64,000 nucleotides of DNA from an uncultured Spirochaetota bacterium. GTDB taxonomy: Bacteria > Spirochaetota > Spirochaetia > SZUA-6 > Fen-1364. Below the pieces are notes generated by a model. It was given only the letters and a program-made list of their open reading frames with translations. It was not told the DNA's origin and ran no database searches. This document shows, piece after piece, positions 10,075 through 20,419 of the stretch. The DNA lies in NCBI GenBank assembly GCA_963745235.1, contig CAVUXE010000029.1, positions 137,507 through 201,506 on the forward strand, read 5' to 3'. Each line of letters begins with the position of its first letter. Positions within the stretch are counted from its first letter, which is position 1. A program made the position numbers and the translations under genes.

Positions 10075-10123
10075 AGATGCGCGGCGCTCAAGTTTACAAG
10101 CAGCGCCGGGATGTGGATTTTTC

Positions 10124-10152
10124 TTGCGCTGAATGATTTTCGGGAATAGAAT
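10124..10152 (+). promoter_or_regulatory. Putative sigma70 promoter of the gdhA operon
   Basis: TTGCGC-17bp-TAGAAT, followed by AAGGAG RBS before ATG 10181. Confidence 0.5.
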
Positions 10153-10180
10153 GGCGCATCCACCAAAGGAGATGCTCAAC

Positions 10181-11431
10181 ATGGCGGAACTCAATCCATT
10201 CAAGATCGCCCAGAAACAGCTGGACACCGCGGCCGCCACGCTCGGCCTCGACGAAGGCGACCCACCAGCTCCTGCGCTGGCCCCAGCGCGAGCTGCAGGT
10301 GACCTTTCCCGTTCGCATGGACGACGGGTCCGTCAGGATCTTCCACGGCTACCGCGTGCAGTACAACGGCGCGCGCGGCCCCACCAAGGGCGGGCCTGCG
10401 CTGGCACCCGGATGAGACCATCGACACGGTGCGCGCGCTTTCCGCGTGGATGACGTGGAAGACGCGCGGTCGTCGACCTGCCCCTGGGCGGAGCCAAGGG
10501 CGGCGTGACCTGCAACCCCAAGGAGCTGTCCACCGCGGAAAAGGAGAGACTGGCCCGGGCGTACATCCGGGCCGTCGGACGGTTCCTCTCCGAAACGCAG
10601 GACGTCCCGGCTCCCGACGTGTACACGACACCCGAGATCATGGCGTGGATGATGGACGAGTACGAGACGATCATCGGCCAGCACAGCCCCGGCGTCATCA
10701 CGGGCAAGCCCATCCCGCTGGGCGGGTCCGCGGGCCGCGGGGACGCCACCGCGCGCGGCGGCATCTACGTTACCCGCGAGGCGGCAGCGAAGCTGGGCCT
10801 GGACCTCAAGGGCAAGGCAATGGCCATCCAGGGCTTCGGGAACGCCGGCCAGTACGCCGCGCTCCTGGGCTCGGAGATCCTCGGGCTGAAGCTCGTGGCG
10901 GCCTCGGATTCCCAGGGCGGCGTGTACAACGCCAAGGGCCTGGACGCGAAGGCCCTGGTGGACTACAAGCAGAAAACCGGCAGCCTGTCGGGGTTCCCCG
11001 GCGCGGAGAGCATCTCCAACGAGAAGCTCCTGGAGCTGGACGTGGCGGTGCTCTTCCCCGCGGCCCTGGAGAACATGATCACGGACATGAACGCGGCGCG
11101 CATCAAGGCGAAGATCGTCTGCGAGCTGGCCAACGGGCCCACGACCCCGGAGGCGGACGCCGTCCTCTACAAGAACAAGGTGTTCGTCATCCCCGACTTC
11201 CTCGCCAACGCGGGCGGCGTCACGGTGTCCTACTTCGAGCAGGTGCAGAACGCCTACAACTACTACTGGAACCTCGACCTGGTCTACAGCAGGCTGGATG
11301 AGAAGATGACCAAGGCGTTCCACGACGTGTACGCGATGCACGAGCGGCACAAGGTGAACATGCGCGAGGCTGCCTACCTCGTCTCCGTGAGCAGGGTGGC
11401 GGAGGCCTGCAAGCTCCGCGGGTGGGTGTGA
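10181..11431 (+). CDS. gdhA: Glu/Leu/Phe/Val dehydrogenase, glutamate dehydrogenase (three +1 frameshifts near 10256, 10396, 10465)
   Basis: Rejoined: [71 protein letters not shown]. Confidence 0.9.
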
Positions 11432-13735
11432 GCGAGAACTTTCTCCCGCGCACCCTCAGCCCGATCAAGGGCTACCGTCTCTTCCGGAAGATCGCGCGGT
11501 TCCCCGAGCTGCTCCCGCAGATGCGGAACACGTTCCTGGAAGTGCTGCTGGAGCGCGGGATCACCACGCCGGAGCAGCTCGCCGCCCTGGCGGCCCGGCA
11601 GATGCGCGCCGACGGCGTGGAGGACACGGAGGCCAACCGGGCCGAGTACACGGATGCGCTGATCGACCTGCTGTTCGCCAACAACCTGAGCCCGGAGGAG
11701 GTGGAGAACTAGGTCAACCTGGTGCGCAAGCGGGACAGGTGCCAGGAGCTGGGCCGGGTGGTGGCGAGCGACCATGCCAGCGCGCTCACCATCTGGCGGG
11801 CCCTGCGCGAGTTCTGCGACATCCCCAAGGGGGAGCTGTACATCTCCCGCGAGGAGGCGGAGGGCATCCGGGTCTCCCTGCTCTCCTACTACATCTCCAG
11901 CCAGCTCCCGTTCATCGGCATCGCCAAGAACCACGTCACCATCCGGGACATCGACACCGTGCTGGGCAACACCATCGGCCACGTCACCTACCCGGGGAAG
12001 CTGGGGGGCAAGGCGGCGGGCATGATCGTGGCCCAGAAGATCCTCCTTCCCATCCTCAGCGAGCGTGACCCGGAGTTCGAGAAGTACATCGCGGTGCCGG
12101 ACACGTGGTACATCAGCTCCGGCGTATTTTCGGATTTCATCGACAGGAACCATTTCTACGTTTTCCACACCCACAAGTACCGCGACCGCGAGGCCATCGA
12201 CGAGGAGTACCAGCGCGTCGGGGGGCTGTTCGAGAAGGCCGACTTCTCCCCGGACGTCGTGGAGGAGTTCCGCGGCCTGATCCGCCAGATCGGGGAGCAC
12301 CCCATCATCGTGCGCTCCTCCAGCTACCTGGAGGACAGCTTCGGCCTCGCCTTCTCGGGGAAATACCAGTCCATCTTCCTCGCCAACCAGGGCGAGCGAG
12401 GAGGCGCGCCTGGCCGCGTTCATCCGCGGCGTGAAGACGGTCCTTGCCAGCATGTACGGCCCGGACCCCATCATCTACCGCCGGGACCACGGCCTCCTGG
12501 ACTACAACGAGCGCATGGCCATGATCGTGCAGAAGGTCGTGGGCCGCAGGTTCGGCGACTGGTTCTTTCCCCTGGCGGCCGGGCGTCATGTACTCGTCCA
12601 ACTCCTGGGCGTGGAACCCGAAGATCAGGAAGCGCGACGGCCTGGTGCGCCTGGTCTTCGGGCTGGGAACGCGCGCGGTGGACAGGGTGGGCGGGGACTA
12701 CCCGCGCATGATCCCGCTGAGCCATCCCTGCTTCGGCCCGAGGTCACCGCGGACCAGATCCACAAGTACTCCCAGAAGATGGTGGACGCCATCAACCTGC
12801 GCACGGGCACTCTGGAGACGGTGGACTTCCGCACCCTGGCCGCGGAGACGCGGCCACCCGGACCTGTTCCTGGCCGTCTCCGTGAACGCGGACGGGGAGA
12901 TGCGCGCCCCCCTGTTCCGGACGCAGGAGCTGCCGCCCGCCTCGCTGTGCCTCACGTTCGAGAACTTCCTTTCGAAGTCCGCCGTTCGTGCCCCTGGTGA
13001 AGAAGGTGCTCGCCACGGTGCAGGCCGCCTACGGGAGGCCCGTGGACATGGAGTTCGCCTGGGACGAGGAAAAGCTCTACATCCTCCAGTGCCGCTCCCT
13101 TTCGCTGCGGCGGGAGATGGAGCGCGTGGTGATCCCCGGCGGCGTCCCGGAGGAGGACAAGCTGTTCGTCTCGACCCAGGGAGCTCTCCAACGCTGTGGT
13201 GACGAACATCGAGTACGTCGTGTACGTGGATCCCCGCGCCTACGACCGCTCTGGACACGTGGAGAAGAAGCACAGGGTCGGGTGGGCGGTGGGGCAGCTC
13301 AACTAGCGGCTGGCGGGCAAACGCTACGCGCTCCTGGGCCCCGGGCGCTGGGGGAGCAACGACATCAACCTCGGCGTGCGGGTCACCTATTCCGACATCA
13401 ACAACACGCGGCTCCTGGTGGAGATCGCGTTTGCCCGGGACGGCTATACGCCGGAGGTCTCCTACGGCACGCACTTCTTCCAGGACCTCGTGGAGGCGGA
13501 CATCGCCATGATGCCCCTGTATCCGGACGCGCCGGGGTGCATGCTGGGGGAAGGGTTCCTCCTGGGAGCGGAGAACTCTCTTTCCAACCTGGTCGAGTCT
13601 CTTCGAGATCTCGGAGACGTCATGCGCGTCATCCACGTCCCTTCCGCCCGGGAAGGGAAGATGCTTCACGTCTACCTGGACGAGGAAAAGCAGGAAGGGA
13701 TCGGCATCTTCGGGCCGCTCATCGAGGCCGGCTGA
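11428..13735 (+). CDS. PEP/pyruvate-binding (PPDK_N ATP-grasp) domain protein of the GDH-associated type; several frameshifts and two in-frame TAGs
   Basis: [78 protein letters not shown] spread across frames; GTGA overlap with gdhA. Confidence 0.8.
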
Positions 13736-14358
13736 AGATTGCCACCTGCCAGAGACCCGGTGAGGAAGCGCCTCTCGAGCGTCAGTCCGCGGGACCCCAC
13801 AAAAGCCTCCACCCTTTCCCTTCGATGCACGTAGGTCTTGAAGTCTTCCATCCCGACCCAGAGATTGAATGCCCAGTTGATGACCCGGGAGACCCACATG
13901 TCGCTCGGATAGACGAGGCCCAGGGTCCTGCGCGCTTTCTCCGCCGACAGCGTGAGGAGGGACTCCGCATCGGGGTAGCAGCAGACAACCTTGTCCAGCA
14001 CGACAAAGTCCGCGGGGGCGATCTCGGGGGCAAGGTCCACCAGGTCTCCGTGAAGATGCTTCACACGATCACGCACGCCGCGGCGGGCGGCTTCTCTTTC
14101 AGCCGCCTTCAGGAAAGCCCGGGATGCATCCACATCCGTTGCTGAGCTTGCTCCCGCGGCCAGAAGCGCCAGGTGCGCGGCGCCCACGCCGCCGCCGACG
14201 TCCAGGACGGTGCTCCCGGTCACTCCTTCACGGATGAGCTCACGGACGAGCCGGCGGGTCGTCATGCGAGGCCCGCGTTTTCGATAGCGCTTCAGCTCGT
14301 CTTTGGCGTGTTCGGCGTCGAACATTTCCTCGATTCCGGCGCACTGTTTGCAGCTCAT
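13719..14358 (-). CDS. Class I SAM-dependent methyltransferase (probable frameshift near 13755)
   Basis: VLDVGGGVG motif I, LDKVVCCYPD; shifted frame gives [10 protein letters not shown] ending at 13719. Confidence 0.8.
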
Positions 14359-14417
14359 CTTGCGTTAGAATATGACTTCCAGTAGGATGCCGTGTCAAAC
14401 GGTGCTCGCGGGGAGGG

Positions 14418-15723
14418 GTGCATATTTCGACTCAGCAGTGGATTGCACTTGGTATTTTCGTCCTTTCGTATGCTCTGATCATTTCAGAAAAAGTAGACCG
14501 CACAATCGTCTCCATCCTTGGAGCGGTCCTTGCGTTCATTCTTGTCCTCGGCCCCAGCCAGGCTCTCCAGTACGAGAACTGGGAGACCATCATCTTCGTC
14601 TTCGGAATGATGATTATCGTGGAGGCGCTGAGCCTCTCGGGTTTCTTCCGCTGGCTCGGCCTCCATGGCGCGCGCTGGGTGAAGCTGGACCCCGTGCTGC
14701 TCTTCATCCTGCTGCCGCTGCTGACCGGGTTCCTTTCCGCCTTCATGGGCAGCATCGCGGTCATGCTTTTCATGTGCACGTTGACCCTTGAGCTGGGGGA
14801 GATCATCGGGATCAATCCGCTTCCGCTCATTCTCTCCGAGATAGCGGCGTCAAACATCGGCGGGGCCTCCACCATGGTGGGTGACCCGCCCAACGTCATC
14901 CTGGGCACCTATTTCCAGCTCTCCTTCCTCGACTTTCTCAGGAACACCGGGCTGATTGCCCTCATCGGGTTCGTGGTCAACACCGCCTTCTTCATCTGGT
15001 TCTACCGGCGGGACATCTTCGCGCCGCGCAGGCGGCTCAGGGAAGATCCGCAGAGGCTGCAGCGGCAGGTTGACTCCCTGGAGCCCAGGAGGGCGGTCCG
15101 CGACCAGCGCCTCTTCGCGGTGGGCCTTGTGGCAATGCTGTATGTCACGGTGGCTCTGCTCACCAACGGCGTGACGCACCTGTCGGTGGGCATGATCGCC
15201 ATGACGGGGGCGCTGGGTGCGCTGCTGCTGGGCGGCAGGGAAATGGGGAAGGTGGTTCAGAAGCTGGACTACTCCACGCTTGTCTTCTTCGCCGGGCTGT
15301 TCATCATTGTGGGCGCGGTTGAGCACGCGGGTCTGCTCACCATCGTGGCGAACGGGGTGAGAGAGCTGTCAGGGGGAAGCTTTTTCATTGCGTTGTCCAT
15401 CGTCCTGTGGGTGAGCGCGTTCGGCTCCTCCATCGTGGACAACGTCCCTTTCGCCGCGACGATGGCGCCGCTGCTCAGGCACCTGGGCGGGGCGCCCGGG
15501 TTTCTCGATTGCCCCCCTGGTCTGGTCCGCGTCGCTGGGGACGGACATCGGGGGAAATGGGACCCCGATTGGCGCCTCGGCGAACGTCGTTGCGGTTGCG
15601 ACGTACGAGCGCACCACGGGAAAGAAAATCGGCTGGGGCTACTACTGCAAGTCTTCCTACCCGGCCATGATGCTGGTCGTTCTTGTCTGCAACCTGCTCA
15701 TCTACTTATTTCATATCCGTTGA
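14418..15723 (+). CDS. ArsB/NhaD/SLC13 (P-protein-like) ion transporter (frameshift near 15500)
   Basis: ASNIGGASTMVGDPPN, SSIVDNVPF; GTDIGGNGTPIGASANVV in a shifted frame ending TGA 15723. Confidence 0.85.
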
Positions 15724-15740
15724 AAAGTATCCGTTGAAAA
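15714..15740. repeat. 13-bp perfect tandem duplication spanning the transporter stop codon
   Basis: tatccgttgaaaa at 15714-15726 and 15728-15740. Confidence 0.8.
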
Positions 15741-15770
15741 AAGAATGCCGGCCCCGGTGGCCGGCATTCT
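15737..15770 (-). terminator. Intrinsic terminator for mmsA
   Basis: 12-bp stem agaatgccggcc/ggccggcattct with an A-run on + (U-tract on -). Confidence 0.75.
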
Positions 15771-15787
15771 GAAGTCCTCAAACAGCG

Positions 15788-17338
15788 CTACTTCCTGTCC
15801 GGCATCGACATCATGCCGTCCCAGGTGCTCACCTTTCCTTCCCGCGCTTCCTCCTCGGACCACCAGTGCGACGTGACGCTCTTCAGCTCCGTGTAGAACC
15901 GCACGGCGTCCGTCCCCATTGCATGCAGGTCCCCGAAGAAGGAGTTCTTGTGCCCGGTGAAGCCGATCATGCCGAGCGGCACCGGGATCCCGACGTTGAT
16001 TCCCACCATTCCGCCATGGGTGCGGCGGGAGAACTCGCGGGCATAGTAGCCGTTCTGCGTGTAGATCACCGAGCCGTTGGCGAACTCGTTCTTGTTCATC
16101 AGGGCAAGGCCTTCCTCGAAGTCCTTCACCCTCTTGATGCAGAGCACCGGGCCGAATATCTCCCGATCCCCGATGGTCATTCCCGGCTTCACGTGGTCGA
16201 AGAGGGTCGGCCCCAGGTAGAAGCCCTTCTCGTAGCCCTTCACGCAATGATTGCGTCCGTCCAGCACGAGCTTCGCGCCCTCTTCAACGCCCTTCTGGAT
16301 CCAGTTGATGACCGACTGGCGATGGTCCGCGTTCACCAGGGGCCCGAGCTGGCTGGTCTTGTCGTACGCGGGTCCGACCTTCAGCTCCTTCATGACTTTG
16401 ACCAGCGCCTCGACGAGCTTGTCGGCAATGGCCTCCTCCACCACTGCAACCGGCAGCGCCATGCACCTTTCACCCGCGCATCCGCACGCGGAGTTCACGA
16501 TGCCCCGCGCCGTCCGCTCCAGGGGAGCGTCCCGCAGAACGAGGGCGTGGTTCTTTGCCTCCGTGAGGGCCTGCACGCGCTTCCCGTTGGCTGCGGCGGT
16601 GGCGTAGATGTGCCTGCCGATGGAGGTCGAGCCGACGAACGTGACGCCCTTGATGTCGGGGTGACGGAGGAGGATCTCCGCCTCATTGCGGGAGCAGGTC
16701 ACGAGGTTGATGACGCCCTTGGGAAGCCCCGCCTCCTCCCACAGCTCCATGATCCTGACCGCGGACTGCGGCACGAAGCTTGCGAGCTTCAGGACAAGCG
16801 TATTGCCGGTGGCGATGCACAACGGGGCAACCCATCCCATGGGAAGCATGGCCGGGAAGTTCCAGGGCACGATTCCCGCAAATACGCCCAGGGGCTCCAT
16901 GTACTGCACCGTGTCGTGGCCCGAGGTGATGTTCATGATTGCCGGGCCCTTCATGAGGTGGGGGATGCCGCAGGCGAACTCCACCAGCTCCGTCACCTTG
17001 ACCGCGTCACCCACCGCTTCATCGATGACCTTCCCGTGCTCTTTTGCAACGAGCAATGTGAGCTCGTCGAGGTGCTTGTCCAGGAGGCCTTTCATGCGGA
17101 AGAGGACCTGGACCCGCTTGCTGGCCGGAGTATCGGCCCATGCCGGAAAAGCGGCAGAGGCCGCCGCAATGGCTTCCTCCACTTCAGACGGCGTGCACTG
17201 GGGCGCCTGTGCGATCACCTCGCCGGTCGACGGGTCGTAGCAATCCATGTACTTGGAGCTCTTGGACTCCTTCCAACCTCCGGCGTAATAACGCAGCTTC
17301 CTGACAGCCTGCTTTTGAACAGTCTGGGTCTGAGGCAT
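15788..17338 (-). CDS. mmsA: CoA-acylating (methyl)malonate-semialdehyde dehydrogenase
   Basis: VPWNFP, TFVGST, EAKNH, AGERCMA catalytic Cys, EIFGPV, VGINVGIPVP. Confidence 0.92.
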   Translation of the reverse strand: MPQTQTVQKQAVRKLRYYAGGWKESKSSKYMDCYDPSTGEVIAQAPQCTPSEVEEAIAAASAAFPAWADTPASKRVQVLFRMKGLLDKHLDELTLLVAKEHGKVIDEAVGDAVKVTELVEFACGIPHLMKGPAIMNITSGHDTVQYMEPLGVFAGIVPWNFPAMLPMGWVAPLCIATGNTLVLKLASFVPQSAVRIMELWEEAGLPKGVINLVTCSRNEAEILLRHPDIKGVTFVGSTSIGRHIYATAAANGKRVQALTEAKNHALVLRDAPLERTARGIVNSACGCAGERCMALPVAVVEEAIADKLVEALVKVMKELKVGPAYDKTSQLGPLVNADHRQSVINWIQKGVEEGAKLVLDGRNHCVKGYEKGFYLGPTLFDHVKPGMTIGDREIFGPVLCIKRVKDFEEGLALMNKNEFANGSVIYTQNGYYAREFSRRTHGGMVGINVGIPVPLGMIGFTGHKNSFFGDLHAMGTDAVRFYTELKSVTSHWWSEEEAREGKVSTWDGMMSMPDRK

Positions 17339-17472
17339 ATGGCTCTCCTTGTTTCGCTTGATGATCAGCGGGATTGCAGCATGATACCACCTGCGGCATG
17401 AGCCGTCAACGAGAATATGCGGCGGGCTCTCCGTGTCTCTCCCGCATCTTTATGAATTTCTTGAGAATTTTC

Positions 17473-17501
17473 TTGCTTTTTGAGGGGGCCCATTTTATAG
17501 T
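17473..17501 (+). promoter_or_regulatory. Putative sigma70 promoter for the NCS1 gene
   Basis: TTGCTT-17bp-TATAGT. Confidence 0.55.
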
Positions 17502-17624
17502 GAGCTACTTCGCTCTGTTGGTCTGCCAGTCAGAGGAGCGAGCTCCCATGGACTACCTGACTGGGGACAGGGTGTCACCAGCCGGAGAATAATTCCAAGC
17601 CACTAAGAAACAAAGGAGGTTTCC

Positions 17625-19103
17625 ATGGCGGAACAGATGTATGAGCTGCAGCGGGATGTCTCGCAGAACCACCGGCTCTACAACAAGGACCTGGCGCCCA
17701 TTGAGATCAAGCGGCGCAAGTGGGGCACCTACAACTTCGCTGCGCTCTGGATCGGTATGGCGCACTGTGTCCCTACGTATCTGCTGGCAGGAGGGCTGAT
17801 CGCCCTGGGCATGGACTGGAAACAGGCCCTGTTCACCATCACCCTGGGCAACTTGATCGTCCTGGTCCCGATGCTCCTGAATGCACACCCCGGCACGAAA
17901 TACGGGATTCCCTTTCCCGTCTTTGCCCGCGCCTCGTTCGGGGTTTTCGGGGCGAACATCCCCGCCCTCCTGCGCGCCATCGTGGCCTGCGGATGGTTCG
18001 GGATCAACACCTATATCGGCTCGCTTGCAATCGACATCTTTCTTGGCAAGCTGATACCGGGATGGAGCGCCATCGGAGGCGCAACGACATTCGCCTTCGG
18101 AATGACGGTGCATGGGGCCATCGCGTTCATGATCTTCTGGATCTTCCAGATCTACATCATTCTCCGCGGCATGGATGCGGTGCGCGTATTCGAGAACTGG
18201 GCGGCACCTTTCGTCATCATCCTCGGCCTTGCCCTGGTAATCTGGATGATCACCGCCGCCAAGGGCTTCGGTCCCCTTCTTTCGCAGCCCAGCAAGTTCC
18301 ACAGCTTTGGCGACTATTTCAAGGTATTCATTCCCGCCCTGACCGGCATGGTCGGGTTCTGGGCAACCCTGTCTCTGAACATCCCGGACTTCACCCGGTT
18401 CGGAAGAGGCCAGAAAGAGCAGATGATCGGGCAGGCCATCGGCCTTCCCCCGACCATGCTGGTCTTCTCCGCGTTTGGCGTCATCATCACATCCGCATCA
18501 GCCATCGTGTTCGGTGAGGCCATCTGGGACCCGGCTGTGCTCCTGGGCAAGTTCAGCAACCCCATCACCCTGGTCCTGGCGCTGGTCGGTCTGGTAGTTG
18601 CCTCCTTGTCGGTGAACATTGCCGCCAACACCGTCTCCCCGGCGAACGACTTCTCGAACACCATCCCCAAGCTCATCAGCTTCAGGACGGGCGGAGTCAT
18701 CACGGGGATAATCGGCATCCTGATCATGCCCTGGAGGCTTCTTGCTGATCCCAGCGGATACATCTTCGGCTGGCTGGGAACGTACTCGGGCTTCCTCGGA
18801 CCCATCGCGGGGGTCCTGATCGCCGACTACTGGGTCATCAGGAGGACAAGGCTCAACCTGGATGATCTGTACACGGAAAAGGGAGAGTATGCTTTCTCGC
18901 GGGGCTTCAATATCAGGGCAATCATTTCCCTTGTCGTCGGCGTGATTGTTGCTCTGATCGGTCTCGTGGTGCACCCGCTCAGGTTCCTCTTTGACTACGC
19001 GTGGTTCGTCGGCTTCGCGGCCGCGTTCCTGACTCACTGGGCCCTGATGTCAGGGCAGGTTGCGGCGCCGGCTCGGCGGACCCCGGCAGCAAAGCCTGCC
19101 TGA
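17625..19103 (+). CDS. NCS1 nucleobase:cation symporter (uracil/hydantoin-type, PydP-like)
   Basis: RKWGTYNFAALWIGM, KYGIPFPV, WATLSLNIPDFTR, NIAANTVSPANDF. Confidence 0.92.
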   Translation: MAEQMYELQRDVSQNHRLYNKDLAPIEIKRRKWGTYNFAALWIGMAHCVPTYLLAGGLIALGMDWKQALFTITLGNLIVLVPMLLNAHPGTKYGIPFPVFARASFGVFGANIPALLRAIVACGWFGINTYIGSLAIDIFLGKLIPGWSAIGGATTFAFGMTVHGAIAFMIFWIFQIYIILRGMDAVRVFENWAAPFVIILGLALVIWMITAAKGFGPLLSQPSKFHSFGDYFKVFIPALTGMVGFWATLSLNIPDFTRFGRGQKEQMIGQAIGLPPTMLVFSAFGVIITSASAIVFGEAIWDPAVLLGKFSNPITLVLALVGLVVASLSVNIAANTVSPANDFSNTIPKLISFRTGGVITGIIGILIMPWRLLADPSGYIFGWLGTYSGFLGPIAGVLIADYWVIRRTRLNLDDLYTEKGEYAFSRGFNIRAIISLVVGVIVALIGLVVHPLRFLFDYAWFVGFAAAFLTHWALMSGQVAAPARRTPAAKPA

Positions 19104-19123
19104 TTCCGGGAGCCACCAGGCTC

Positions 19124-19162
19124 ACAAAAAAGAGCGCCGGGTCACCCCGGCGCTTTTTGTTT
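19124..19162. terminator. Bidirectional intrinsic terminator
   Basis: aaaaaagagcgccggg-tcac-cccggcgctttttg between convergent genes. Confidence 0.85.
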
Positions 19163-19258
19163 ACGCGGTCCGTGGCCTCAATGTCCCTGGCGCGCTCGGA
19201 GCCCCTGGACTCGGCGCGGCTCCGCCATCCCTCGCGCGCCCTCCGGGCGTGCTATGGG

Positions 19259-20128
19259 CTAGGGCAGCTGCTCGCCGATCTCGGCATACAGCTCGGGCCG
19301 CCTGTCCCTGAAGAACTGCCAGCCGTCGCGGACCTCGCGGATCTGCTCGAGGTCCAGGTCTGCAACCACGACCTCGTCCTTGTCCTCCGAGCCCTTGACC
19401 AGGATCTTTCCGCGCGGATCCACGAAGTAGCTCGATCCGTAGAACTTGCCGAACTCCCAGGGCTTCTCCAGGCCGACGCGGTTGTTTGCGCCGATGAACA
19501 CGCCGTTGGCCACCGCCTGGGCGGGCTGCTCGAGCTCCCACAGGTACTTGGATTTGCCTTCCGTTGTCGCCGACGGGTTGAAGAGGATCTCCGCGCCCTT
19601 GAGGGCCAGGATCCTGGCGCACTCGGGGAAATGGCGGTCGTAGCATATGTAGATCCCCACCTTCGCATACGCGGTCTGGAACACGGGGAAGGGAAGGGTG
19701 CCGGGCTTGAAGTAGAACTTTTCCCAGAAACCGGGGTAGGTGTGCGGGATGTGCACCTTCCTCATCTTGCCAAGGTATTTTCCGTCAGCGTCGAGAACCG
19801 CGGCGCAGTTGTAGTACACGCCCTCCTGCTCCATCTCGTAGATCGGGAGCACGAGCACCATGCGGAACTTTTTCGCGAGAGGGGCCATCCTTTCCGTGAT
19901 AGGGCCAGGCACGGGCTCGGCTGTCCGATACCACTTGATATCCTGTTCTGCGGCGAAATACGGGCCGTGAAACAGCTCCTGCAGGCAGAGGATCTGGACT
20001 CCCTTCTTTCCCGCATCCTCGACGAGGCCGACGTGCTTCTGGATCATTGCCTCCTTGATTTCCTGGAGGGAACCCTCGTGTCGGGGGGTGGAGGCCTGGA
20101 TGAGTCCGCAGCGAATGACTCGGGGCAT
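19259..20128 (-). CDS. Nitrilase-family beta-ureidopropionase-like hydrolase
   Basis: Catalytic triad: LQELF (E), MRKVHIP (K), YICYDRHFPE (C); GFWEKFYF. Confidence 0.85.
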   Translation of the reverse strand: MPRVIRCGLIQASTPRHEGSLQEIKEAMIQKHVGLVEDAGKKGVQILCLQELFHGPYFAAEQDIKWYRTAEPVPGPITERMAPLAKKFRMVLVLPIYEMEQEGVYYNCAAVLDADGKYLGKMRKVHIPHTYPGFWEKFYFKPGTLPFPVFQTAYAKVGIYICYDRHFPECARILALKGAEILFNPSATTEGKSKYLWELEQPAQAVANGVFIGANNRVGLEKPWEFGKFYGSSYFVDPRGKILVKGSEDKDEVVVADLDLEQIREVRDGWQFFRDRRPELYAEIGEQLP

Positions 20129-20160
20129 GGGTAACTCCTTTTGGTAGATCTTGGTGGCTC

Positions 20161-20227
20161 ATTATAGAATGAATGAATTCCATTCGGCAACATTTTTATT
20201 TACAACCGGCCTTCGACGTCGTATACT
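20161..20227. promoter_or_regulatory. Back-to-back sigma70 promoters with a palindromic operator candidate
   Basis: + strand TTTACA-17-TATACT (20199-20227); - strand TTGCCG-18-TATAAT (20190-20161); GAATG-N5-CATTC at 20171-20185. Confidence 0.6.
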
Positions 20228-20231
20228 GGGG

Positions 20232-20313
20232 CGGTCCCGCAGGGGATTCGGCATGATGTATCGGCTCCGTGTGGCGTGCGCAACACGGGGTCCCACGGCC
20301 CTGCGACGGACCG
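20232..20313 (+). ncRNA. Candidate structured 5' leader RNA of the preT operon
   Basis: Nested stems cggtcc/ggaccg, cgcaggg/ccctgcg, ctccgtgt/acacgggg beginning at the predicted TSS. Confidence 0.4.
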
Positions 20314-20419
20314 GAAATAAATCCTTTCTCCGAAGCGCATTGATCCACAGCTTGCCCGTGCGCAGGAACTCTTTCCGCCCGGCAGGCGATGAGATTCTTC
20401 TTTTCAAGGAGGCTCCACC

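Noticed and set aside
11710-13306. Genome-wide TAG reassignment
   Set aside because: Several intact genes (xylB, preA, mmsA, desaturase) terminate at TAG at the expected length
13672-14358. Resemblance to Mg-protoporphyrin IX methyltransferase (BchM)
   Set aside because: Generic class I methyltransferase motifs and no photosynthesis genes in the window
19165-19255. GC-rich intergenic stretch with tccct..cgcgc partial repeats (REP-like)
   Set aside because: No second copy recognised in the window; cannot be supported
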